NCBI RefSeq assembly: GCF_020745735.1
Contig: NC_083412.1
Span: forward strand, 46,441,181 to 46,505,180
DNA: 64,000 bases
Direction: 5' to 3'
DNA from: Hemiscyllium ocellatum
Taxonomy: Eukaryota
The position numbers were made by a program, and so were the translations under genes. The stretch's first letter is position 1, and every line of letters begins with the position of its first letter. The notes below the pieces were generated by a model, which saw only the letters and a list, made by a program, of their open reading frames with translations, did not search any database and was not told where the DNA came from. Below, piece after piece: positions 9,655-23,092 of this stretch.

Positions 9655-12600
9655 GCAGGTTTCTGGTACTGAAACTGGCTCTACTGTAGTGACCCCTGCA
9701 TGTCAAGTTCTAAGCGATCAGTTGTGATAGGGGATTCTCTAGTCAGGTATACAGATGGATGTTTCTCCAGCTGACAGCGAGACATCAGAATGGTGTGTTG
9801 TCTCCCTCATGCCAGGATCAAGGATGTTCCAGAGAGGGTGCAGAATATTCTCAAAACAGAGAGTGACCAGCAGGAAGTCATTGTACATGTTGATACTAAT
9901 GACGTAGGGACAGGAGAAGGTTTTGAAGAGAGAATATAAGGAATTTGGCAGGAGATTAAAAAGTAGGTCCTCAATGGTAGTAATTTCTGGATTACTCCCG
10001 GTGCTACATGTAAGTGAGAATAGGAATAGGCAATTAGAACAGATGAATGTGTGGCTGGAGAACTTGTGCAGGGGGCAGGGATTTCCATTTTTGGGTCATT
10101 GGAATTTCATCTCTGGCAGAAGTGACCTGTATAAGAAGGATGCTTTGCACCTGAATTAGAACGGGACCAATATCCCGGTGGGGAGATTTACTCACGGTTC
10201 TCGGGAGACTTTAAACTGGTAAGGTGGGGTGAGATTCAAAGAAATAGTGAGAAAAGAAATCATTCTGAGGCTAGTACAGTTGAGATGAGGAACATGTCAA
10301 ATTGTCAAGGCAGGCACAAACAAGGCAGAGAATGAGGAAGGACTAAGAAATTAAATTGCATTTATTTCAATGTAAGAGGCCTCATTGGTAAGGCAGATGA
10401 ACTCAGGGCATGGTTGGGTACATGGGACTGGGATATCATAGTGATTACAGAGATGTGGCTCAGGGATGGACAGGACTGGCAACTTAATGCTATAGGAAGG
10501 AGAGAAAGGGGAGTGAGGCGGAGGCGGTATCAGGGGTGCTTTTGATTAGGGATAACATTACAGTTATACTTAGGGTGGATATTCCTGGGAGTGTGTCCAG
10601 TACAGTTATTGGGAACTGAGAAAAAGGAAAGGGATGATCAGCTTATTAAGATTGTACTATGGGCTCCTAGTCGTCAGCGGGAAATTGTGAAGCAAATTTG
10701 TAAAGAGATCTCAGATATCCGTGAGCATAATAGAGTTGTAATGATAGGAGATTTTAACTTTCCAAACATAGTCTGGGACTGCCATAGTGTTAAGGGTGTG
10801 GATGGAGAGGAATTCAATAAATATGTGCAAGAAAGTTTTCTTATTCAGTATGTGGCTGGACCTACAAGAGAAGGAACAAAACTTGACCTTTTCTTGGAAA
10901 ATGAGGTAGGGTAAGTGACTGAGATTTCAGTGGAATAGCACTTTGGGGTCAGTGATCATAATTACATTAGTTTTAAAATAGTTATGGAAAAGGATAGACT
11001 GAATCTAAAAGTTAAAGTTCTAATTTGGAGTAAGGCAGATTTTGATGGTATTAGGCAAGAACCTCCAAAAGTTGATTTATCTATTCACAGGTAAACAAGT
11101 GCTTGGAAAGTGAGAGATCTTCAAAGATGAAGTGAGAGTACAGAGATAATATGTTCCTATTAATGTTAAGGACAAGACCGATAGGTGTAGGGAATGCTGG
11201 ATGACTAGAGAAGTTGACATTCTGGTCAAGAAAAGGGAGGAGACATATGGAGGTACAGACAGCTGGGTTTGAATGAATCCTTGAGGATTATAAAGGCATT
11301 TGTAGTATACTCAGAGGACAATCAGGAGGGTAAAGAGGAGACATGAGTTGCCTTTGGCAAACAGGGTGGAGAATTCAACGAGGTTCTACAAATACATTAA
11401 ATTGAAAGAGTAACTAGGGAGAGGACAAAGCCCTTCAAGAGCAACATGGCCGTGCATGTATGGAACTGTAAGAGATGGGTGAGGTAGTAAGTGAGTATTC
11501 CGTGTCAGTATTTACTGTAAGCAATAAAAATGGAAGCTAGAGAACTTGGAAAAACACATAGTGATATGTTGAAAAGTGTCCATACTACAGAGGAGAAGGT
11601 GCTGGCTGTCTCAAAATACACAAAGGTGGATAAATCCTGAGGATCTGATCAGGTTTATCCCCAAACTTTATGGGAAGCTAGGGAATATTTGCTGAGACCC
11701 TTGCTAAGATATTTGTGAGGTGCTGGAAGACTGGAGGGTAACTAACGTGGTACCATTATTTCAGAAAGGTGGTAAGACAAGGCAATTATGGACTGGTGAG
11801 CCTAACATCAGTAGTAGATAAATTATTGGAGGGGATTCTGTGTAACAGGGTCTCCATGTACTTTGAAAAGCAAGGACTAATTAGGGATAGTCAACATGGG
11901 TGGGAGGGAAATTGTGTCTCTCTCACATGCTTGAGTTTTTTTGAAGAAGTGATAAAGAAGATTCTTGCAGGCAGAGCAGTCGATATGGTTTATTTGGAAT
12001 TCAACACGGTGTTCAACAAGGTTCTGCATGGTAAACTGGTTAGCAAAGTTACATCGGATAGCATCCAGAGAAACCTACCTATAAAGGTAGAAACAGAGGG
12101 TGGTTATAGAGGGTGTTTTTTGGATTGGAGACGTGTGACCAGCAGTATAAGGATTAGTGCTGCAAGGATTGGTGGTGGGTCTGCTGTTTTTGTCATTTAT
12201 ATAAATGATTAGGATGTGAGTGTAGGAGCAATGGTCAGTAAGTTTGCAGATGACACAAATTTGGTGGTGTAGTGGACAGTGAAAAAGATTATCTCAGAGT
12301 ACAGTAGGACCTTGATCAGATGGGCCAGTTGGCTGAGGAGTGGAAGATAAGAGTACTTTTTTGATCAATGTAGGTTGCTGCATTATGGTTGGGCAAATCA
12401 GGGCAGGACTTGTACAGTTAATGATAGGGACCCGTGGAGTGTTGCCGAACAGAGAGTTTGGGATGCAGGTTCCTAGTTCCTTGAAGATGGAGTTACAGGT
12501 AGACAGGGTAGTCTGGTACATTTGTTTGGTACATTTGTTTTTATTGGTCAATGCATTGAGTACAGGAGTTAGGATATCGTGTGGCTATATAGAACATTGG

Positions 12601-13135
12601 TTGGGTCACTTTTGGAATATTGCATACAATTCTCACCTCCTTACTATGGGGAGGATGTTGTGAAAGTTGAAAGGGTTCAAAAAAGATTAACAAGGATGTA
12701 GCCAGGATTGGAAGGTTTGAGCTATCGGGTGAGGCTGAATAGGCTGGGGCTGTTTTCCCTAGAGCGTTGGAGGCTGAGGAGGTGACCTTACAGAGGTTTG
12801 TAAAATCATGATAGGATAAATAGACAAGGTCTTTTTCCCAGGATAATGGAGTTCAAAACTGGAGACATAGCTTTAAGGTGAGAAGGGAGAGATTTAAAAG
12901 GGACGTAAGGGGCAACATTTTCATGCAGAGGGATGATACATTCATGGAATGAGCTGCCAGTGGAGGCAGTGGAGGCTGGTACAATTACAATATTTAAAAG
13001 GCATCTGGATGGATATATCATGAGGAAGGGTTAAGAGAAATCTGGGCCAAATGCCTGCAAATGGGCAAGATTAATTTAGGATATCTGGTTGGCATGGAAG
13101 ACTTTGACTTAAGAGTCTGTTTCTATGACTCGATG
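9655..13135 (+). mobile_element. Near-complete decayed CR1 LINE (part of ORF1 esterase plus ORF2 APE-RT)
   Basis: VVIGDSLVR...MVCCLP...IVHVDTND (ORF1); LNCIYFN, VVMIGDFNFP, PTREGTKLDL, SDH, VSLTSVV, KFADDT (ORF2); many frameshifts; TCTATGAC-type tail. Confidence 0.92.
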
Positions 13136-13790
13136 AACTTGGCAACTCACACAGTTTCAGTGACGTCAAATGTGCCAAAATTGAGCGTGTTGTCATGGAA
13201 TTCTGATTTATGCACAGCTCTGATTGTTGGATATCTTTATTGGATTACTTGACAAATGTTTTTCATTGAATGATGCTAACCTCCTAACCCTTGTAAATTT
13301 CTGCTATGTTGATATGTTTACTGAATTTGAATCTGCAGTTTCCTGAATGAGTTACCATATATGTCTTAATGTGCTCATATGCTGTATTAACAAATGACTA
13401 AATCTGTCAAACTTTGATTTAATTAACAGTGAATCTGGCATAAATTGCAATTTTTAAAAATAGATTTCCAAGCTCCATTTAAAGAAGTGTTTCCTAATAG
13501 TTAGATTTTGTTCAAAAATTACATACAATCATCAAATGATAGTTAATTGAACCAAGAGTGAAATAGAAACAGGGCTACAATATTGTCATGCTGATTCAAA
13601 GCTCCTTTGAGTGAAGCTGCTCAATAGTAGCATGTGATGCATGAATTTATCTTTTTCTGATCTTTTTTATTGGTAACTATTTTGATAGTTAAGGTGGTGT
13701 TTGCCTGAAATGTAACACAGTACCATTGCAACATTTGAGAAATTATTTGGTTCTAAAAAGGCTTGTTAACCTGACCATTGATTCCTAGGA

Positions 13791-15107
13791 GGTCATAGAA
13801 TCATAGAGATGTACAGCATGGAAGCAGATGCTTTGATCCAACCCGTCCACTAGATATCCCAACCCAATCTAGTCCCATCTGCCAGCACCCAGCCTATTTC
13901 CCTCCAAACACTTCCTATTCATATAACCATCCACATGCCTCTTAAATGTTGCAATTGTACCAGCCTCCACCACTTCTTCTGGTAGCTCATTCCATGTACG
14001 AACCACCATCTGTGTAAAAATGTTGCCCCTTTTATATTTTTCCCCTCTCACTCTAAACCTATGCCCTCTAGTTCTGGACTCCCCGACCCCAGGGGAAAGA
14101 CTTTGTCTATTTATCCTATCCATGCCCCTCATAATTTTGTAAAACTTTATAAGGTCACCCCTCAGCCTCCGACGCTGCAGGGAAAACAGCCCCAGCCTAT
14201 TCAGCTTCTCCCTATAGCTCATATCCTCCAACCCAGGCAACATCCTTGTAAATCTTTTCTGAACCCTTTCAACTTTCACAACATCTTTCCGATAGGAAGG
14301 AGACCAGTATTGCATGCAATATTCCAACAGTGGCCTAACTAATGTCCTGTACAGCTGCAACATGACCTCCAACACCTGAACTCAATACTCTGACCAATAA
14401 ATGAAAGCATACCAAATGCCTTCTTCACTATTCTATCTACCTACGACTCCACTTTCAAGTAGCTATGAACCTGCACTCCAAGGTCATTTGATCAGCAACA
14501 CTCCCTAGGACCTTACCCTTAAGTGTATAAGTCCTGCTAAGAGTTGCTTTCCCAAAATTTAGCACCTCGCATTTATCTGAATTAAACTCCGTCTGCCACT
14601 TCTCTGCCCATTGGTCCATCTGATCAAGATCCTGTTGTAATCTGAGGTAACTTTCTTCGCTGTCCACTGCACTTCCAATTTTGGTGTCATCGGCAAACTT
14701 ATTAACTGTACCTCTTATGCTTGCATCCAAATCATTTATGTAAATGACAAAAAGTAGAGGACCCAGCACCGATCCTTGTGGCACTCCATTGGTCACAGGT
14801 CTCTAGTCTGAAAAACTACCCTCCACCACCACCCTCTATCTTCTACTTTGAGCCTGTTCTGTATCCAAATGGTGAGTTCTCTCTGTATTCAGTGAGATCT
14901 AACCTTGCTAATCAGTCTCCCATGAGGAACCTTCTCGAATGCCTTACTGAAATCCATATAGATCACATCTACCACTCTGCCCTCATCAACCCTCTTTGTT
15001 ACTTCCTCAAAAAATTCAATCAAGTTTGTGAGACATGATTTTCCACGCACAAAGCCATGTTGACTATCCCTAATCAGTCCTTGCCTTTCTAAATACATGT
15101 ACATCCT
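13791..15107 (-). mobile_element. CR1 family B, 5'-truncated, fairly young
   Basis: ORF pieces 14889-15104, 14455-14796 and 13869-14375 carry QHGF, DFSKAF, GVPQGS, FADD and RPLLEYC; TCTATGA tail at 13791. Confidence 0.95.
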
Positions 15108-15230
15108 GCTGTTGTGTTAGACTACATAATAACAGTGACTGAACATCAAGTAATTAGTTGTATGAGAAATGCCTTGGGATGTTTCTGAAAGAGCAGATAA
15201 GGCTGCACAATTTCAAATTCTGTTTTCCTC
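15108..15230 (+). mobile_element. Old Deu-SINE/L2-tailed SINE 3' fragment
   Basis: CTACATAATAACAGTGACT...TTGGGATGTTTCTGA resembles 49645-49777. Confidence 0.5.
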
Positions 15231-15789
15231 ATTCTTTCATGAACATATCTGGTGATAATCAGAGCATTGAAGCCCTGTCATAAGTCTGATTTTGTGACTA
15301 CGATTCTGAGCTACTTGAATTGAACAATTCCACTCATTTCTGAACAAAATATTTGCAGAGTGGAAAATTAGTATTGAGTTAGTCTGCAGAAATTACTTCA
15401 CTCAAGGCAGTTATTTTTAGAAAATGAGAATTAAAATGCGTAATGCAGGCTGAAATGTCTCTCATTCTGTGACATTAACTTACTTTGACATTTGGTAGAC
15501 ATCTAGCTTTGGATGTGATGTGTAGTAATGTGAGGACGCACAATAGGCATTGTATGAGAGTCGACAGGTTTTCAATGCAGCTGAAGTTGAACAGGCATGG
15601 CAATAGTTGTTGATTACATGAACTGTGACATTTTGTCAGAGTACCTGCCACTGTGATGTCACATCAAAAAAAACCAACCAGGCATGAAGTTGGACAAGTG
15701 AGGAAGGAGAGGGCGGAGTTGTGTTTGTTCATTTCCTTACTGAAGTAGTATCCACATTTCTCAATGCTTAATAATTACTTACACAAAAG

Positions 15790-18035
15790 CGTAGAAGATA
15801 GGAGTAAGCGTGGGTGAGTTAAATATGCTTAGCTATTCACATTGTCATGGCTGATAATCTGATTCAGTACTATTTCCCCCCTTTTCCCCTTACTCTTGAT
15901 CCTTATAGCCTCAAGAATATGTGTTTAATATTTTCTTGTAAATATTGTGTTTTGGCTTCAACTACTTTCTGTGGGAAAGAATTCCACAGGCTCACCTTTG
16001 TCTGGGAGAAGAAAATATCTAAGGTCCTAAATGGCCGTGTCGAGATCCTAAAATTGTGAACTCTATTTCTGGACTGCCCAGTTAACAGGGATATCCTTCT
16101 AGTGTTTACTATTTGACACTGTCAGAATGTTATGGGTTCTATCAGATTTGCCACTTGTTTGTCTAAACTCTGGTATCATTCTTACTGTTCTAATCTTTCG
16201 TCATACATAAGCCTTATCTTCCCAAGAGTCAATCTAGTAAATCTTTGTTGTAATTTCTTCATAGCCAGAACATCCTTCCTCAGACACAGAGGCCAAAATT
16301 GCACGCAATACTCCAGGTGTGGTCTCACCAAGACCCTTTACAATTACAGCAAGACATTCCTGCTCTATACTCGAATCCTGTCACTATGAAGGACAACATA
16401 TGATTTGCTGCCTTCACTGCCTGCTGCCTACTTACTTTCAGCGACTGGTGTACAATGACACCCAGGTCTCATGGCACATTCATCTTTCCCAATCTATTAC
16501 CATTCAGATAGTAATCTGCCTTCCTGTTTTTCTGACCAAAGTGTTTGACCTCACCCATATCAACATTATATCTTATCTGCCAATTTTCTGCTCACTTCAT
16601 CCTTTGATGCAAATCATACTGAACCATCTCTGGATCCTCCTCACAGTTCATCCTCCCACCCAATTTTGTGCCATCTGTAGAAATGGAGGTACTATATTTA
16701 GATTCCTTATCTAAAGCATTCATATATATTGTGAATAGCTCAGTCCAAGCATTGTGCAAATGTTCTGCCAGTAAATCTTTTACAATGGACTCTAGCGTTT
16801 TCCCCCACTATTAATGTCATGCTGTCCAGCCTATAATTTCCTATTTTCTCTCTAACCTCTTTTTTTAGGTTGCGTGTTACATTAGATATCCTCCAAACCA
16901 TGGGAGCTGGTCCAGAGTTCATAGAATATTAAAAGATTCAATGCATAGACTATTTTTAGGAACACTACCAAAATATTCTGGGATGTAGATGATCAGATCC
17001 TGCGTAATCATTGGTCTTTATAACCATCAATTTCTCCAAGACCATTTCCCTCCTGTTATTGATTTCCTTCAGTTCCTCCCTCTTACTAGATTCTTTGTTC
17101 TTTCACATTTCTGGAATGTTATCTGTGTCCTCATTTGTGAAACATATGTATTGATCTGCCATCTCTTTATTTCTATTATACCTTCCATTGTTTCTGACTA
17201 CAACGGAATTCCTTTTGGCTTAACCTATTTCTCTTAACATACCTATCGAAACTTTTCCAATCAGTTTGTCTGTTCCTACTCTTGTACTCTTCCCTGTCTT
17301 ATTCAATTCTTTTGTCCTACTGTCCTCAAATCTAAACTATTCCCAATCCTCAAATCTGCTGCTTTAGTTTTGGACAATTGGGGATATGCTATTTCTTTGA
17401 CCCTAATTTGAATTGTTAGCCATGACTGGGCCATATTTCCCGTTTTATTTTTATGTCACACAGGAATGAACAATTGTTGCCATTCCTCCATATGCACTTC
17501 AAATGTTTGCTATTACCTATCTACTGTCATTCCTAAAAGTAAAGTTCTTCAATTTATCATAGTCAGCTTACATAACAAACCATTACAGTTTGCTTTTTTA
17601 GACTCAGGAGCCTTGTCTCAGAATCAACTGCATCACTTTCCTTTGTAATAAGGAATTGTATCAAATTCTGGTGACCCTTCTGCAAGGAGTCTCACACACT
17701 AAATTTCCATTATTCCTGAAATAAAACAAAAAGCTGCGGATGCTGGAATTCTGAAATAAAACAGGATATGTTTGAGAAACTCAGCAGGTCAGACTGTATC
17801 AGCAGAGAGAAAATAGAGTTAATGTTTTGAGTCCTATGATTCTTCCTTGAAGGTCTTTAACCAGCAATTCTATCCCACCTCCTTTTCCTTTTTGATTTTC
17901 ATTCCAAAAGTCTGAGTTCCCCTGATAATTCAATTCGCATCCTTTGTCACTCTGCCACCAGATCTCCATAATCTCAACCCAATCATACCCACTGCTATCT
18001 ATTTGCATGATTAATTCATCAACTTTATGATGAAT
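15790..18035 (-). mobile_element. Old CR1 family C, ORF2 part with internal deletions
   Basis: LVRPHLEYCVQFW, W..SNVT...KK..R...GNYR and KVDELIMQI..GYDWV remnants; 3' UTR near 15790. Confidence 0.8.
17722..17851 (-). mobile_element. PLE family 3 terminus nested in the old CR1
   Basis: GCTGCGGATGCTGGAATTCTGAAATAAAACAG...CTCAGCAGGTC...AGAGTTAATGTTT; ends at the decayed hammerhead. Confidence 0.7.
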
Positions 18036-20148
18036 AGGGTGGTCATGATGATTTTGAACTAGTTAAAGTTGGGACGGGGTGGAATTAATAGAAGTGATGT
18101 ACATGGGAAGGCATAGAAATTGTGTGGATGGAGTTGAGGAACCACAAAGGAAAGAAGACCGTGATTGGAATTATATACAGGCTCCCGAGCAGTAGTCAGG
18201 ATGTGGAGCAGAAAATAAATCAGGAGATAGATAAGGCATGTAAGAGAGGAATGATTACAATAATCAAGGGGAACTTGTATATAAATTAGATGTAATGATA
18301 TTAAAGTTGAGAAATGGTAACTGCAAAGATATGAGGGAGGATCTGGTCACAGTTGATTGGTAGCAGAACTGAACAATGAAGATGGTAGGGCAGCAATGGA
18401 AGGCGTTTCTGGGGATACTTTGGAAGGCACAGCAGAAATTCTTCTGAGGAAGAAACATACCAAAGAGGAGGATGAGGCAACCATGGCTCACGGGAGAAGT
18501 CAGAGACGGTGCAAATGTGAAAAGAATAACAAACAATGTGGTGAAGATCAGTGAGATGCCAGAGGATTGGGAAGCCTTTATATACCAGCAGAGAACAACT
18601 AAAGAAGATGGGGATGAAATGTGGGTGAAATATGAGATTAAACTAGCTAGTAAAAGAAGATTGCAAGAATTTTTTTTTACATTGCTAAAAGATAAGAGAG
18701 AGACAAGACTGCACATTGATCATTGGAAATGAGGCTGGAGAATTAATTATCACCCAAAAACCTCAAAAGAATCAGGGACAGAGGTGGAAGAGTGGCCATC
18801 ATTAAGGAGAAGGTACTGAGGAAGCTGGAAGGTTTGAAGGTGGATAATTAACCCAGGCCAGATGAACTACACCCCAGGATTCTGAAGGAGCTGTCTGACA
18901 GGAGAGTGGAGACATTCATGGTGATCTTTCAGGAATCACTCAAGGACTGGAAAATGGGCCAGTTTCTGAGAGAACTTTATAAAGACGTCCTCAACTCCAT
19001 GTATGACTAGCAACAGAATTACATTCCAACTACGAATATTAACTGGACTCTGAGTACTGAGGCAGATCTCACTGGTCTCTATCCTCCATGTGGACAACTG
19101 ATCTTACTTGCCAGTCTTAAACCACAGTCAATCTGTGTGCATACAGTGCCAACGACAGATGACAGATTGTTGCTATACCATTGAAAAACGCCCTCACTTT
19201 GAGCATTTAAAGCACCCCTGTTTAAGAAGGGGGGGAGGCAGAAGACACAATATTATAGGCCAGTCAGCCAGACTTCAGTCATTAGTAAGATTTCAGAGTC
19301 CATTATCAAGGATGAGACTGTTGAGTACTTAGAAGTCTTTGGTAAAATAGGGCAGAGTCAGCATGGCTTCATCAAGGGGAGGTCATGCATGACACTTTGG
19401 TCAGAAGAATAAAGACACACACTACCTTCCATCTGGGAAAGGCTTCAAAAATCTGAAACACAAATCAACTTAGGAGTCCAAGTTCAGGATTCTCTTAAAA
19501 TTAACATGTCGGAGTTAGTTGGCAATTAAGAAGGCAAATGCAATGTTAGCCTCCATTTTAAGAGGGCTAAAATGCAAGAGCAGAGATACACTGTTGAGGC
19601 TGTTTAAAGCTCTGGTCAGATGCATTTGGATTATTGTGAGCAGTTTTGGGCCCCATATCTAAAGGAAGACTGCACTTGGTGGAGCACAGGGGTTTTCACA
19701 AGAATGATCCCCCAGACAAAGAATTCATCATAGAGGAGTGGCTGAGGACTCTGGGTCCAAATTTGATGGAGTTTAAAGTGATGAGGGAGGATCTCATTAA
19801 AACTGACAGAATACTGGGAGAACTGAATAGGGCGGATGCAGAGAAAACCAGCACCTCAGGCCACAGTCTCAGAGTGAAGGGATGACCATTTAGAATTGAG
19901 ATTTGGAATTTCTTTAGCAAGAGGGTTTTGAATCTGTGGAATTCATTGCTGCAGAAGGCTGTGGAGGCCAAGTCATTGAATGTATTTAAGACAGGGTCAG
20001 ATAGGTTCTGGATTAGTAAAGGGATCAAAGGTTACAGGGAGAAGGCAGGATAATGGTTGAGAAACATGTTAGCCATGTTAGAATGGCAGAACAGACTTGA
20101 TGGGCTGACTGTCCTAATTGTACGTCTTTACCTTATGATCTTATGGTC
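18036..20148 (+). mobile_element. CR1 family C copy with large deletions, inserted in opposite orientation into the old CR1
   Basis: YRLPSS, QPWLT, PGPDELHPRILKE, QHGFIKGRSC and LWNSLLQKAVEA remnants; CTTATGATCTTATG tail. Confidence 0.8.
18961..19185 (+). mobile_element. Possible RTE LINE 3' remnant nested in the CR1
   Basis: YKDVL and a decayed C-terminal zinc-finger-like stretch; interrupts CR1 between DWK and PLF. Confidence 0.4.
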
Positions 20149-20149
20149 C

Positions 20150-21300
20150 AAAGGAATGTTACACACATTAAGTTACAAGGTTTAAGGCTTATCTTTTGAA
20201 CATTTTTAGTCCTACATATTATTTTGCATGTGACCATGTTTGATTATTGCCCTTGACCTCTCTAATCAGCACTTCTCTTATTTCCTACTCTGTCTTTTGA
20301 TTTTGCCCTTTTTTCCATCTCTTCTGTCTCCCTGTATAGGTTCTCATCTGCCTGTCATTTTAGTTTAAAATTTCCCCAAACGCATGAGAAAATAATCTCG
20401 CTCGGATATTAGTTCTGATCCTGCCTTATTGCAACCCTTCTAGCTTGAACTGATTCCTTGTCCTCCAGAGCCAGTCCCAAATATCCCGGGACTCTGAAAC
20501 CTTTCCCATTTCGTCATCTTTCATGTCATACATTCATCTGATACATCGTGGTAGTTCTTCTCTGACAAGCATGTTGCACTGGTAGCAGTCTTGATATTTG
20601 AGTTCCTTATGTTAACTTGCTCTGTAATTTCTGGGATTCTGTCTTTAGGACCTCATTTTTTAAAATCTGTGTTGTTGGTACTGATGTGTCGCATGACCAC
20701 TGGCTATTCACCCTCCCACTCCACAATGTTCTGTAGCCACTTTGAGATTTCCTTGACCCTAGTACCTGGCAGGCAATATACCATCCTGGAGTCTCATTTG
20801 CAGCCACAGGAACATCTGTCCATTCCCTTAAAAATTAAATTCTCAATTCCTGTAGCTTTCCCACACATACTCCTCCTTTCCCATGAAGCAGAGCCAACCA
20901 TGGTTTAATGGATTTGGCATTTACTACCTTACTTTGCAAGACCATTCTGCCCAAGACTATCCAAAACATTTTATTTGTGTTGCAGGGGAATGGCCATCAG
21001 ATACTCCTACAATGACTGCTTAGTTCTCTTTCTCTGCCTGGTGGTCACCCAATCCATACCGATGGAATCTGAGTATCTGGAGTGACCATCTCTCTCTATG
21101 TGCTATCCATGGTACTCTCACCCTTGCAGATGCTTAACAGTGTTTCCAGCTGTTCTAGTTCTGAAATTGGGCTTCCAGGAACTGCAGCTGGAGAGACTTG
21201 CTGCGTACATTTTAGTCCTGGGCAGGAAGTATGCTCAACTTCTCAAATACGGCAGAGAGTCCCATCATGGTCTTGAGCTCTCCTTCTGTCACCTTACCCT
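20150..21300 (-). mobile_element. Old CR1 family C, ORF1 esterase and ORF2 start; continuation of 15790-18035
   Basis: DSRMVYCLPGTRV...VVMRHISTN on the minus strand; LNVCNI at 20155-20175 joins HKVDEL at 18030. Confidence 0.75.
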
Positions 21301-21475
21301 TTCAAATTAAACCTTTAGAGTGCCCTTGAAAATGAATAATATCAATTACTCTTCGATGCTTGTTCTCTTGACCTCTGCACTCTTGACCTCACAACATATA
21401 AACCCAAACTATAGACTTTATAAACTATAAGAGGTAACATAGGATAAATACTCAGCTCATTCATCTCAGTTACAT

Positions 21476-21570
21476 CATTCCTGATGAAGGGCCTCTGCCT
21501 GAAGCATTGACTCTCCTGCTCCTTGGATACTGCCTGACTGCTGTGCTTGTCCAGTGCCACACTTTTTGAC
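21476..21570 (+). mobile_element. PLE family 1 terminus starting at the hammerhead
   Basis: ATTC-CTGATGA-A-GGGC-CTCT-GCCT-GAAG-CA-TT, then the same arm sequence as 7713-7772. Confidence 0.8.
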
Positions 21571-21656
21571 GTAGTTGCAATATTGTTTTGTCTAATTTAA
21601 AGAATCCCAAATATTATAATTATTAGTGCTAATAAGTTTTGTTTTCTTTTAAACAG

Positions 21657-21893
21657 CTATGATGTTGCATTGAGGTCTAATAGCTTGACATGAGCCAGCC
21701 TGAAATCTTGTGTCAAGGAGAGAAATGAGAGCAGCGCTTAAGATACTTGGACCATACTGTGATCTTTGGCATTGCTTGCTTTGAAAGAGAAAGATCACAC
21801 CTAAAATTTTATTTTTTAAACTGTGCCTTTGGCAGATGTTTTGAATTTTAAAATCATGTGGATGACCAATTCAAAATCCAGAATCAAACTCAG
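21657..21893 (+). other. Candidate non-coding or 5' UTR exon
   Basis: TGCTAAT branch-like site, TTTTGTTTTCTTTTAAACAG acceptor and CAG|GTAAGC donor in unique DNA; all three frames closed. Confidence 0.3.
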
Positions 21894-23092
21894 GTAAGCA
21901 TTAATTCTCCTTTGGCAAAAATTGGGGGGATTTTTACCCAAGATTGTAAGGGTTTTCATGTTGGCAGAGATGGGGTGGGAATGTTACTGACAGGACGTCA
22001 GTGTGTAAATCTCCGTCTACCCTGTGGTACAATGAATGTCATGTATTTTATTGACATTTAAGTGCATTGTTGATTTTATCCCCTTTTGAGAAGAATATTG
22101 CACATGCATTATTATCATCAACAGTGCAACATTACAAGGTTAGAAGATGATGAATGAATGAATGAACAATGCCATTTTTCTGATACTCAATCAAACATCC
22201 AGAAACAACCTGTAGTTGTTCAACACAGTTTGCAGATGTTTCTTAAATTATTCTGAGGTCTTTATTGTGACTGTTGGGATTCACACCCTTCTGTTCTACT
22301 ATGAGAACGAGCATAAAGTGGATGCAATATTTCAGACTCAGTATTTTATGCAATTTACTCTCTTAAGTGCCTTTGAGGCCTCTGTACCAGGAAGTTCTTT
22401 GAAATAAGTTGTCTGAATCTCATTTTTCCTGATGTGTAGTATCCATTTGCTGGTTTTAGTGCAGTGCCTCTCGGGTTTGAATATTTCCCATGTGTATCAT
22501 TAAGTAAAACTAGATGCAGAGCTTCAGGCATGTTCTCAACAGAGCACTTTCAACTTGTATTCTACTGTCTTGGATGTATACATAAACATTTTAATGGTTC
22601 ATATGTATATTATGTAGTTATGTATATATGTTGTCAAGAATCAATTAAGTATGCCCATGTCTAGGAGAGTATGTTATTGATAAAGTGGCTGATTTACGAA
22701 ACATTTGAAGGATTTTCTTCTTCTTCTTTGATTTTCCATTTCTGTAGTATTTTGTATCTGTTTTACTCTGTTAATAGTGCTGGAATTAACTAATTTAATC
22801 AGTGTATCTTTGGAAAATATCTTTTTGGCTTTCACTGATTAATCTTCTTAAATCCATTGTTGAAGATTGCAGGAGACCTTTTGGATATTGCTCCCCTAGA
22901 ATCAGCCAAAAAACATTATTGCTGATGGTGATCTTTTCAACTATTTCAACTCATTAGATTGACTCATCCATCTATCTTCCCTCCCTCCCAACACAACAGC
23001 AATGCACTTTAAAATCAATACTTTATTAAACCTTATTAGTATTGGATATTACTCGTATATTTGAATGTTATTTTATAATTCTTTGACTAAAT

